A stretch of 63,051 bases of DNA, from positions 1-63,051 of the IMG/VR virus record IMGVR_UViG_3300036845_000466; one strand, written 5' to 3'. Numbering within the stretch: position 1 is the first letter of the stretch; each line of letters starts with the position of its first letter. Both the position numbers and the translations under genes were made by a program. Shown here piece after piece: positions 38,387 through 46,805 of this stretch. This DNA is from a virus. Taxonomy: Duplodnaviria; Caudoviricetes. The notes under the pieces are model-generated. The model did not search any database and had not been told where the DNA came from. It saw nothing but the letters and a program-made list of their open reading frames with translations.

Positions 38387-38889
38387 CGTTCCCCCTTGCC
38401 GGGCACGCGGATGACCTTGCCCGCCCGGGTGAAGAACCAGGGCAGCCCGGCCGCGATCAGGCGGCCGGTGCGCAGCCGGCTCTTGGCCCGCAGCTCTTCG
38501 TCGGTCAGCCGGTCGACCTTGGGCGCGCGGTCGTAGACCGTGCGCGGGCCGACCGTGACGCTCGGGTGGCCGGAGCGCATCAGGTCCAGGAACTCGCGCG
38601 GCGCGTGCACCTCCACCTGGTCGCTCAGGTGCTCGGCCGCGCGCTCGAGCGCCTTGACGCCGCCGTCCCGCAGCACCTCGGCTGCGTACACGGACAGGTA
38701 GTCGCGGAAGTGGGCGTACAGCGGGTCCTCGAGGTACTTGGCCTGGCCGCCGCGCGGGTGCCTGAACTCCAGGTGCTCGTGCTGGTAGTGGGCGTACCGC
38801 TGGTTGACCTCGACGTGCATCGTGACTTTTTCGCCCCGGCCCGTCTGGTCGCGCAGCACGGCGATACGCTCGGCGAAGGTGCTGGTCAT
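38383..38889 (-). CDS. neck protein (HK97 gp10-like)
   Basis: YAHYQHE...HPRGGQAKYLEDPL. Confidence 0.75.
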   Translation of the reverse strand: MTSTFAERIAVLRDQTGRGEKVTMHVEVNQRYAHYQHEHLEFRHPRGGQAKYLEDPLYAHFRDYLSVYAAEVLRDGGVKALERAAEHLSDQVEVHAPREFLDLMRSGHPSVTVGPRTVYDRAPKVDRLTDEELRAKSRLRTGRLIAAGLPWFFTRAGKVIRVPGKGER

Positions 38890-39410
38890 CCCTGCTGCAC
38901 ACCCCCTCCGAGCAGCCCGCCTGGCATCCAGTACCCGGGCGGGGTGTCGGCCTGCAGCGTGCCCGAGCCGTCGACAATGGTGTTGCTGTCGTCGCCGGTG
39001 AACACGTTGGGAATCCGGTTGATCACGACGCCGGTTTCCTGGTTGATGCCGCCGGCCGCCGCCGGGTCCAGCCGGAGCGAGCCCTTGCGCACCTCGGCCA
39101 GGAGGGCGATCGCGTCTTTGTAGACCAGGAACGCCGGGTGGTCGGCGGGCATCGCCTTGCCCTTGAGGTACGTCCGCCAGGCGTAGAACGCAGCCAGGTC
39201 CAGCGTGAGGTCGTGGAAGCTGTCCGGCGGGACCGCCTGCGGCACGCTGCTGTCCATGATCGAACCGAAGGAAATCGAGACGCGCGTGCTCGCCGACATC
39301 AGCGCAAGCGTGAGCTGCTGCGGACTGAGCGTGGCAGGCGTCCCGATGCCTGAGTCGGTCCCCTGGAGGACCGCGATCAGGTCGGCGATCGTGGCATACA
39401 GCACGGCCAT
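38886..39410 (-). CDS. head-tail adaptor (Mu gp36/DUF1320-like)
   Basis: YATIADL...LTLDLAAF...YKDAIALLAEVRKG. Confidence 0.78.
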   Translation of the reverse strand: MAVLYATIADLIAVLQGTDSGIGTPATLSPQQLTLALMSASTRVSISFGSIMDSSVPQAVPPDSFHDLTLDLAAFYAWRTYLKGKAMPADHPAFLVYKDAIALLAEVRKGSLRLDPAAAGGINQETGVVINRIPNVFTGDDSNTIVDGSGTLQADTPPGYWMPGGLLGGGVQQG

Positions 39411-39414
39411 CGGA

Positions 39415-39606
39415 CTATGGCACCACCGAAGCGAGTACCCAGGCCGCGAATCCGGCGGCCATCCAGGTCCAGGCGGGGATGTCGCCGAGCGAGTCGCCGC
39501 CGAAGGCGAACGCTGCCAGAACGAACAGGATGCCGGAGATCAGCATCATCCACCAGACGTGAGTGCCGCGCGGGTACGGGCCCGGTGCGGGTGCTACAGG
39601 TGCCAT
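39415..39606 (-). CDS. small two-TM protein
   Basis: 63 aa, strongly hydrophobic. Confidence 0.65.
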   Translation of the reverse strand: MAPVAPAPGPYPRGTHVWWMMLISGILFVLAAFAFGGDSLGDIPAWTWMAAGFAAWVLASVVP

Positions 39607-39607
39607 G

Positions 39608-39862
39608 TCAGACCTGCCCCTGGTTGAAGGGAAGATTGCCTCCGCCGGTCACGTCCTCGATGTTGGACGCGCCGAACGCGTAGCCGGCGTACGCCTGGGC
39701 CGTGGTCAGCGCCGAGATGAAGCCGGAAAGCGCTGTGGCCAGGGCAGACGACGCCGGAACGTCGATGATCGTGCCCCGGGCGATGTAGTTGTTGGGCACT
39801 CCGTCGTAGGTGAACGTCCCCTTGGGGATGTCCTTGATGACGAGCTGCGGGTTAGCGGCCAC
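39608..39862 (-). CDS. small virion-associated protein
   Basis: PKGTFT...RGTII; related to 40505-40798. Confidence 0.65.
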   Translation of the reverse strand: MAANPQLVIKDIPKGTFTYDGVPNNYIARGTIIDVPASSALATALSGFISALTTAQAYAGYAFGASNIEDVTGGGNLPFNQGQV

Positions 39863-39880
39863 TGGTCGTTCCCTTCCGGT

Positions 39881-40492
39881 CTAGTTGGAGACCCCGGTCG
39901 CCAGGCCGCTCTGCCCGAGGGCCGCGTGCTGGGCGTAGGGGAGCGCGGTGTACGGGTTCCAGCCGGCTGCCTCGGCCTGAGCGTTGGATGCGTAGTAACC
40001 GGGCGTGTACCCCTCGTCCTCGGGGTTGGTCCAGTTCCACACCGGGGCGACCGTGTAGATCAGGGTGATCGAGCAGCCAGGGGGCAACGGAACGTTGACC
40101 GGCAGGGTCACCGGGGCACCGGAGATGCCGGCGACCAGCGCGGTCCAGGCCCAGGTGGGCGTGGCCACGGTGTAGGAGATCGCGATCGTGCCGGCGGCCG
40201 GGACCACGTAGGTGCCCGCCGCCGAGCCGACGCTCGAGCCGTTGACCGTGACGGCGGAGATGGTCGCGCCGTTGGCGCCGATGACCACCTGCACCGGGAA
40301 GTTGTTGCTGTTGGTGGCCGTGACCGTGGTGGCCGGAACCGCCGGGGTGGCGATGGCCGGCGCGTTCGGCGAGGTCACGATGACCGACTGCACGGTCCCG
40401 GTGCCGGACGGCAGGTTGACATCGACGTTCTGGCCGGTCGGGTTGGCGACCGCGACGCCAGTCGCCGGGATCGAAGGTGCGGTGACAGCCAT
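39881..40492 (-). CDS. virion-associated beta-rich protein
   Basis: Internal duplication (P.IPAT.V...N; I.YTVA.P.W.W); ends GVSN. Confidence 0.7.
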   Translation of the reverse strand: MAVTAPSIPATGVAVANPTGQNVDVNLPSGTGTVQSVIVTSPNAPAIATPAVPATTVTATNSNNFPVQVVIGANGATISAVTVNGSSVGSAAGTYVVPAAGTIAISYTVATPTWAWTALVAGISGAPVTLPVNVPLPPGCSITLIYTVAPVWNWTNPEDEGYTPGYYASNAQAEAAGWNPYTALPYAQHAALGQSGLATGVSN

Positions 40493-40504
40493 CGCTGGCC
40501 TCCC

Positions 40505-40798
40505 TTAGTTGCTGAGGGCTGCGTGCCCTACGTCGTCCTGCCCCTGCACGTAGGCGCGCAGGTTGCCCGAGCCGATAGCGGTGAAGAGCGCGCCAGCCGG
40601 GTCGGCCACGATCACGGTTCCGACCGGGAAGACGGTGCCGGCAGCGCCCGAGGAAACGCCGGGACCGCCGGAGCCGTAGACGCCGGCGCCCTGGGCGCTG
40701 CTGCCGGTGCCGAACCGGAATCCGGTGGCCGCGTCGGCGGTGAACGTGCCCGGGGGCAGCGTCACCGTTGCGGTGAGCACGTAGCGGTTGAGCGCCAT
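40505..40798 (-). CDS. small virion-associated protein
   Basis: MALNRYVL...PPGTFT...AIGSGNLRA...GHAALSN. Confidence 0.7.
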   Translation of the reverse strand: MALNRYVLTATVTLPPGTFTADAATGFRFGTGSSAQGAGVYGSGGPGVSSGAAGTVFPVGTVIVADPAGALFTAIGSGNLRAYVQGQDDVGHAALSN

Positions 40799-41223
40799 CA
40801 GAACCCCCAGCCCGGGTTGGCGGGCACCACGTCGCCGGTGCCGGACGGCGTGGCCACGGCCAGGCTGACCGCGACCCCGCTGTTGTGGTTGAAATCGAGG
40901 TCGGCGATCGGGACCGACGTGCCGGTCGGCGTCCCGTTCACCGCGACGATCTCGCTGGAAGCGCCGTCGTTGATGAACAGCACCTGGCGGACCGAGAACT
41001 GCGTGCCGCCGCTGGCGAACGGCAGCGCCGTGGTGACCCCGGCCGTGACCGCGCCGTTGGTGCTCAGCGGCGAGCTGCCCGCGCCGAAGGTGAACGGCCA
41101 CTCGCAGCCGGCGCAGCGGTAGCTCACCTCCGGCCCGATCGACATGAACGTGCGCAGCGCCTTGCATCGCGGGCACGTAGCCGTGACCGCTGCCGGCACC
41201 CCGGTTCCCGCGATGTTCGGCAT
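40798..41223 (-). CDS. zinc-ribbon-containing protein
   Basis: CPRC...CAGC followed by a beta-rich region. Confidence 0.65.
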   Translation of the reverse strand: MPNIAGTGVPAAVTATCPRCKALRTFMSIGPEVSYRCAGCEWPFTFGAGSSPLSTNGAVTAGVTTALPFASGGTQFSVRQVLFINDGASSEIVAVNGTPTGTSVPIADLDFNHNSGVAVSLAVATPSGTGDVVPANPGWGF

Positions 41224-41226
41224 CTG

Positions 41227-41856
41227 CTATCCCTTCCGGGTGCTGCTGCCCAGGCCGGACTGCGCCTTGACAGCGGAGAGAAGATCCTGGTCCGCGCCCG
41301 CGTAGGCGCCGCCCAGGTCCGTGCTCGTAGTCTCGCCGGGCATGATGTCGAGCGCGCCCAGGTCGGCCGGCGCTCCGCCCGAGGCTTCTCCGGCCGGAAC
41401 CGAGTCCTGGTTGACCTCGGTCTGCTTGACCACCTTGGTAGACCCGGCCGGGTCCGGCCGGGTCCCGTCAGGCATCTGCGTCATCGGCCGGAAGATCGGA
41501 CCGGACAGCAGCGACGGCGGAGGCACGGGCGGGCCATCAGAGCTGACCTCGGACTTCAGGCGGATCACCGCGATCCGCCGTCCGTCCGTCTGCTGGTGCC
41601 GCAGGTACTTGGCCGCCTCAACATCGGTCAGGTACACCGTGTCGCCGGCCATCACCAGGTCGCACTGCCGGTCTTCCTTGGTGTTGTCGCGCCGGGGCAG
41701 CGACAAGTTGACCAGCGCCACGTAGGCGCGGCCGATGCGGACCGCCGGGGCGTGCACGTCGGCCTCGGCCGCCGCCCGCGCCAGGAACTCGTCGAGCTTC
41801 TTCCGCTCGGCGTCGGTCAGCGGCTTGGAAGCCAGTGCAGTGGCAGTTTCAGCCAC
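41227..41856 (-). CDS. hypothetical protein downstream of the capsid gene
   Basis: 209 aa ORF with GGAG RBS. Confidence 0.7.
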   Translation of the reverse strand: MAETATALASKPLTDAERKKLDEFLARAAAEADVHAPAVRIGRAYVALVNLSLPRRDNTKEDRQCDLVMAGDTVYLTDVEAAKYLRHQQTDGRRIAVIRLKSEVSSDGPPVPPPSLLSGPIFRPMTQMPDGTRPDPAGSTKVVKQTEVNQDSVPAGEASGGAPADLGALDIMPGETTSTDLGGAYAGADQDLLSAVKAQSGLGSSTRKG

Positions 41857-41859
41857 GGT

Positions 41860-42771
41860 TCACACTCCAGACAGCAGGCAGATCGCCAGGGGCTGGTCGA
41901 GCCCGATGGCGGATGCCCGCTGGGTGTCCGAGCGCCAGGTCTTGCGCGGCTCGTCGCGGTAGAGGGGGCCGGCGAGGAAAGGCAGCTCGTCGGCGTAGAA
42001 GCCAGCCCGGCCGCGCTGCATCACGATCGCGTTGCCCGGCGGGATCTGGCGGGAGACCATCACGTCGAGGTTCTGGATCTTCTGCGGCAGCGTGCCGGAG
42101 TAGAGCAGGTTCTCGCTGGCGATGTCGCCGATGTACGGCGCGGCGAACGTGCTGCTCTGGAGCAGCGTGTTCTTGGTGCCGTGGTTGATGATCAGCGTGT
42201 CGGCTTCGAAGCCGAGCCACTGGGTGACGCCCGAGGGGCTGACCACGTTGGCGTTCTCGACCAGGTACATAGCCTGGGCGAGGTCCGCGCGGGTGGTGGC
42301 CGACGCGCTCGACCAGGGGTTGGCCACGGCCAGGGTCTGGATCGAGGCGTTGGCGACGACAGCCGAGTAGAACGCGGTGTTCCAGCTGTAGACCATCGTG
42401 TTCTTGACCTGGAGAAGCTGCCGCGTCACCGGGTCGATCGCCTGCCGGCGGCGCATCTCGTCCGACACCATGATCGCCATCGCCCGCTCGTGGCTGAAGA
42501 CCACGCGGGGGTTGCCGATCGAGGTGGGCACGACGGGAACCTCGCCGAACTCCGACCTGATCTCGGGGAAGTCGTCCGCGTAAAGCGGCGTGCTCTCCGA
42601 GTAGCGGACAGCGCCGCTGGTCGCGGCACCGCCCATCCGCAGAACGGTGTCCATGATGAACTCGTTCTGCGTGATGTCCATGATGAGCGCGGGAATGACC
42701 AGGGGGTCCTTCAGCAGCTCGTTGACGGTAACTCTGGGGCCGTCAGAAAACCCCCGTGCGCCGACTGGCAT
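41860..42771 (-). CDS. major capsid protein (HK97 fold)
   Basis: TVNELLKDP, SEFGEVP, VSDEMRRR...DPVTRQL, ADTLIIN, DQPLA; position after protease and decoration genes. Confidence 0.88.
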   Translation of the reverse strand: MPVGARGFSDGPRVTVNELLKDPLVIPALIMDITQNEFIMDTVLRMGGAATSGAVRYSESTPLYADDFPEIRSEFGEVPVVPTSIGNPRVVFSHERAMAIMVSDEMRRRQAIDPVTRQLLQVKNTMVYSWNTAFYSAVVANASIQTLAVANPWSSASATTRADLAQAMYLVENANVVSPSGVTQWLGFEADTLIINHGTKNTLLQSSTFAAPYIGDIASENLLYSGTLPQKIQNLDVMVSRQIPPGNAIVMQRGRAGFYADELPFLAGPLYRDEPRKTWRSDTQRASAIGLDQPLAICLLSGV

Positions 42772-42792
42772 TGGTCAGTCCCTCTCGTTCTC

Positions 42793-43293
42793 TTAGAAGA
42801 CCCGGGCGCGGCCGAAGAAGAAGATCGCCGAGCCCTGTCCGCCGATGGCCTGGGTGAGCATGGCGGACGCAACGCCGCCGGGGTGCGTGCACACGCCGAC
42901 CACCTGGTCAGCAGCGGGGCCGGCGCCGGCAGCCGTGACGGTGCCGTTGTTGGCCGAGCCGATGATCAGCTTCTGGCCGGGGGCCACCTGGCCTGCGTAC
43001 CAGACCCAGATGTCGTATCCGCCGGCGTAGACCGCCGTGTAGTCGGTCAGCACCGAGATGTCGATCAGCGGCTCGCCGTAGCTGTTGGGCGAGCCGGTCT
43101 GGGCCGACAGCACGTTGGCGTCGTTGCCTGCGACGCCCAGGCAGGTCACCGAGGCCGAGAGCGCCGGCTTGACCGTGAGGTCCGTGGTGCCGGCGGTGGC
43201 CGTGTTGGGCTGCACGAACTGGCCGCCGTAGATCAGAGTGGCGACCTGAAGGTTGGCAGGCCCCATCTTGTAGTGCGGCAGGGAAGCCGACAT
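42793..43293 (-). CDS. capsid decoration/cement protein
   Basis: IYGGQFV...CLGVAGNDA...VVGVC; directly upstream of the capsid gene. Confidence 0.7.
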   Translation of the reverse strand: MSASLPHYKMGPANLQVATLIYGGQFVQPNTATAGTTDLTVKPALSASVTCLGVAGNDANVLSAQTGSPNSYGEPLIDISVLTDYTAVYAGGYDIWVWYAGQVAPGQKLIIGSANNGTVTAAGAGPAADQVVGVCTHPGGVASAMLTQAIGGQGSAIFFFGRARVF

Positions 43294-43305
43294 GGATCAG
43301 GTCTC

Positions 43306-43527
43306 CTAACTCGAATTACTGACGCCAGCGTGCTCGCCGAGCGTGTCGTGCGTTGGGCTGGAGGTTTGCGAGCCGTTGGTGTTCACCGAGCTGTTGACCG
43401 CCCGGAGTTTCGACGCCCCGATAGCCGTGACCTGGGCCGCCGTCAGGGCGAGCGTCGCGCCTTTGGCGACGTGCTCTCCCATGTAGGTGAAAGCCGTGAG
43501 TACGACATACAGGACGTTGGTGGCCAC
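43306..43527 (-). CDS. small virion-associated protein
   Basis: AFTY.GEHVAKG...AIGASKLRA...GEHAGVSN. Confidence 0.65.
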   Translation of the reverse strand: MATNVLYVVLTAFTYMGEHVAKGATLALTAAQVTAIGASKLRAVNSSVNTNGSQTSSPTHDTLGEHAGVSNSS

Positions 43528-43531
43528 CGGG

Positions 43532-44737
43532 TCAGATACCGACCTGGTTGCGGTACCGGCTCACGATGTCGTCGCGCGTCTGCTCGGCACGCTGGGAGGT
43601 GTCGGGCTCGTCCATCGTGCTGCCCAGCTCGCCGGACATGTCGAGCATCGACGCCGCCTTGCCGAACTCCGTCAGCACCCGGCGCATGACCAGCCCGGCG
43701 TCCACACCGTCGCCGTTGGCCAGCTCAACCGTGTGGCCGGTGCCCTCGAGCAGCGGCCGGGCCAGGTCGGTGATGTAGAGCGGGACGCCCTTGCCGAGCA
43801 GCTTCCGCTTCTCGTTCTCGAACGCCTCCTGGTCGGCCCGGCGCTGGAGCACGCCCATCTGCCGCTGGGTCTCGGCGAGCTGGTAGTTGGTCAGCTCGAT
43901 CTCGCTCATGCCGTAGCCGCCTTCGTTGGACAGGGACGCTCCGGCGCCTGCCAGGGCTGGCTCTTCGTCCAGCTCGTAGGCGGCGGTCAGCTCGGCGAAC
44001 TCTTCGTCCGTCATGCCGTTGATGGCGTCGACCAGCTCGTCGTCCTCGGTGGGCACGACCGGGTTGTAGCCGCCGGCGTCGCCGGCCGCAGCGGTGATGT
44101 CGGCCAGGCCGTCGATCGCCGCGCTCAGCCGGTCAGCGGGCAGGTCGAGCAGCAGCGCGAGCTTGGCCTGCTGCTCAGTGGTCAGTTCCGGCATGGTGAT
44201 GCCGCCTTCCTCTCCGGCGAACGTCGCCGCCGACAAGTCGATGATCATGTCAGGGGCGTTTGACATCTCCACGGCTTCCCACGCCCCGAGGTCGGGGATA
44301 CGGGGGTCCAGCGTGCCCAGGACGTGCTGGATCGCGGCCGGGAAGTACTTGCCGTCCGACCGTGCGTAGTCCTCCACGATGCGCGCGGAGACGCCGAGTT
44401 TCGGGTTGGTCAGCAGCAGCTTGTTGCCCTCGGGCGTCGGCTTCATCGTGACCCACAGGCCGTCGTTCTCCACGTTGACGCCGAGGATCTCGCCCCGGAA
44501 CCGCTCGGGGTCGTTCGTGTGCGTGTTGGCCGCGTCCGCCAGCTGGAACGGGACCTGGTTGTACGCCTGGCTGCTGAACGAGCTGGCCAGGGTCTCCAGG
44601 TACTTGCGGTCGAACGTCAGTACCCGGCCCTTGTACTCGATCTGCCCGACCGGCAGCACGCGTTTGCGCCAGATGCCGGGGTCGGCTGTCTGATGGGCGG
44701 GCGCCTTGCTGAACGGCAGGCGGATCTCGGCGGGCAC
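43532..44737 (-). CDS. Mu gpI-like prohead protease with C-terminal scaffold
   Basis: NTHTNDPE (His), GVSARI (Ser), HVLGTLDPRI; acidic coiled-coil C-terminal half. Confidence 0.82.
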   Translation of the reverse strand: MPAEIRLPFSKAPAHQTADPGIWRKRVLPVGQIEYKGRVLTFDRKYLETLASSFSSQAYNQVPFQLADAANTHTNDPERFRGEILGVNVENDGLWVTMKPTPEGNKLLLTNPKLGVSARIVEDYARSDGKYFPAAIQHVLGTLDPRIPDLGAWEAVEMSNAPDMIIDLSAATFAGEEGGITMPELTTEQQAKLALLLDLPADRLSAAIDGLADITAAAGDAGGYNPVVPTEDDELVDAINGMTDEEFAELTAAYELDEEPALAGAGASLSNEGGYGMSEIELTNYQLAETQRQMGVLQRRADQEAFENEKRKLLGKGVPLYITDLARPLLEGTGHTVELANGDGVDAGLVMRRVLTEFGKAASMLDMSGELGSTMDEPDTSQRAEQTRDDIVSRYRNQVGI

Positions 44738-44740
44738 CGG

Positions 44741-45481
44741 CTAGCTCGCCTTCGCGCCGAAGTTCTGGGCGCGCTTGGCCATCGCCAGGGCCACCTTCGG
44801 CGACATCCCCTTGGCGATCAGCTTTTTGTAGATCCCCTGGCCCTTGGGGGACAGGCCGCCGGGGCCGTCCTTGTCGGTGTCGCCGCTGGGGGTGCTGTCG
44901 TCGTCGCCGTCGTCGTCCGGGTCGTAGGCCAGGCGGATCGCGGGGACGCCGAACTGCTGCATGAGCGGGGTCTGCTGCGCCGGGGCCTGCAGCGGAGCGC
45001 CGGCGACCGACTTGTTGTACCGGCCGACCATCTCGATCAGGGCCCCGCGCTGGTGGCGGTGCGGGGTGTCCGAGTCCTTGTCGTCAACGGTAGGTACCCA
45101 GCCGCGCGCAGTCTGGCGGATCTTGCCGACCTCGTTGCCGCCGGACCGGTGGCGGACGATCGCGGTGCCGTCCGGCTGCCGCGACACGATCATGTCGCTG
45201 CCCTGCACCACAGGGAAACGGCGGGCCAGGCCGATCGCCCGCCCGCCGCTGTTGGCCAGGCCCATGTTCCCTGACGATGCGCCGCGCACCGTCAGCGGGA
45301 CTGTGCCGCTGCCGTTGGGCGCTCCCTGCGGGGCCCGCAGCGATTCGGAGCTGGAATCCGAGGTGCCCGACGCGCCGCCGTCGATCGCGAACCGGGCAGA
45401 GTCAGCCGCGTACCCGCAGCTCGGGCACTTCATCTTGCTGCTTCCGCCGTCTTCAGCGAAGCCGAGGTAATTGGGCGACAC
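44741..45481 (-). CDS. head-cluster hypothetical protein
   Basis: N-terminal CPSC; linker motifs ANSGGRAIGLA and PAIRLA. Confidence 0.72.
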   Translation of the reverse strand: MSPNYLGFAEDGGSSKMKCPSCGYAADSARFAIDGGASGTSDSSSESLRAPQGAPNGSGTVPLTVRGASSGNMGLANSGGRAIGLARRFPVVQGSDMIVSRQPDGTAIVRHRSGGNEVGKIRQTARGWVPTVDDKDSDTPHRHQRGALIEMVGRYNKSVAGAPLQAPAQQTPLMQQFGVPAIRLAYDPDDDGDDDSTPSGDTDKDGPGGLSPKGQGIYKKLIAKGMSPKVALAMAKRAQNFGAKAS

Positions 45482-45565
45482 GAGGCACAGACCTTCCTGG
45501 AAAGGAACTCCTGTGCGACATGGTACGGCGCTATTCTGCCTGCCTGCCAGCTAGCCAGCGCTATG

Positions 45566-45694
45566 TCAGGTGTTTTTCTCTGCCTTGTCGATCAAATCAG
45601 GCGCGGCTTTATCCGCGTCTTCCTGAGAAACGCCTGCCTGAATCATTGCCTGCTTTAGAACGTCTATTGCTGCCTGTTTTGCATCGGTCGGCAT
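45566..45694 (-). CDS. 42-aa hypothetical protein
   Basis: MPTDAKQAAIDVLKQAM...; visibly more AT-rich than flanks. Confidence 0.5.
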   Translation of the reverse strand: MPTDAKQAAIDVLKQAMIQAGVSQEDADKAAPDLIDKAEKNT

Positions 45695-45695
45695 G

Positions 45696-46805
45696 CTAAA
45701 GCCCCCGGACATAGTTGTGGATCGTGTTGGCCACGGGAACGAGAGCCGATGCGAGCAGTGCCTGGACCGGGCTGAGTCCCTGAGTGATGCCGCCGATAGC
45801 CACGGCAAGGCCGGCTGCATTGAACAGGTTGTACATGACCAGTCGCGTACGGTCACGGTGGTCGTCGAGGCTCACGGATTTCGCGTGGGTCTTGCGGAGG
45901 GCGGCGATCAGCTTCTGCTGTCCCTGGTGCACCTGGGCCATGTTGCGCTGCAGCTCGGCGTGCTGCTGCTCGGTGATCTGACCGACTTGCCTGGCCACCT
46001 CGGCGGCCACTCGCGCGTCGATGTACGACTTGAGCGCGGCCATGCTGGCGCCCGGCTGCGCCAGGGCAGCCAGGGCCGGGTCCGTCTTCTGCAGCGCCTC
46101 GCCCGTTGTCTTCGCCCCGGCGTCGGCCGCTGCCTGCTGCTGCTTCCCGGCCTCGGCCTCCGCCGCCTGGGCAGGCGACGCGTAATGTGCCAGGCCGGAG
46201 TCCCGCAGCGCTTCGTCCCGGGACCCGAGCCGGGTAGGCGACGACGGGGCCGACGCCCGGTCCGCCGCCGCACTTGCCTTGGCCATCTTCGCCTTGTGCG
46301 CGTCGAGCAGGGCCTGGTGCTCCGGGGTCAGCTTCCGGCTGCCGGCGACCGGAGGCGCCGGCGCGAGCTTGGCTGACGCCGCCCTGGCCGCGTCTTTTCT
46401 GGCGGCCTTGGCCGCCTCTGCCTGCTTCTGTGCCAGCCAGCCAGGCTGCACGTCGTTGAAGAAGTTGCCGACCACGGGTATCCAGCCGTGCCGGAAGGTG
46501 TACGCCGTACCGGGGATGTGGTGGTGGCCGATCGCGGCCAGCTCGATCTGCTCGCTGACCGTCATCGGCTGCGACAGCTGCGCGGACATCAGGCGGGGAC
46601 CGGGCGGCGGGTCCGTGTTCACCGCGCTGGCCAGGCGGGACAGCATCGACGCCGCGTCGCGGATCTCCGGCAGGTCGGCCGGGTCGGCCCGCGCCGCCAG
46701 CTCGTTGACCTGCTCGAGCGCGGGCACCGCCCGCGCCTTGGGGTCCTGCCAGGCCCAGCGCGCGATCGACCGCGCCTTGGCTCCGGCCGCCGTCATCTGG
46801 GTCAT
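45696..46805 (-). CDS. head-cluster modular protein, coiled coil plus C-terminal hydrophobic helices
   Basis: EQIELA followed by FRHGWIP; two hydrophobic segments at the C-terminus. Confidence 0.72.
   Translation of the reverse strand: MTQMTAAGAKARSIARWAWQDPKARAVPALEQVNELAARADPADLPEIRDAASMLSRLASAVNTDPPPGPRLMSAQLSQPMTVSEQIELAAIGHHHIPGTAYTFRHGWIPVVGNFFNDVQPGWLAQKQAEAAKAARKDAARAASAKLAPAPPVAGSRKLTPEHQALLDAHKAKMAKASAAADRASAPSSPTRLGSRDEALRDSGLAHYASPAQAAEAEAGKQQQAAADAGAKTTGEALQKTDPALAALAQPGASMAALKSYIDARVAAEVARQVGQITEQQHAELQRNMAQVHQGQQKLIAALRKTHAKSVSLDDHRDRTRLVMYNLFNAAGLAVAIGGITQGLSPVQALLASALVPVANTIHNYVRGL

Noticed and set aside
40885-43689. Long antisense ORFs (934 aa here; also 1837-3432, 25417-27093, 57994-59505)
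   Set aside because: Shadow frames of real genes in high-GC DNA, with no motifs or RBS
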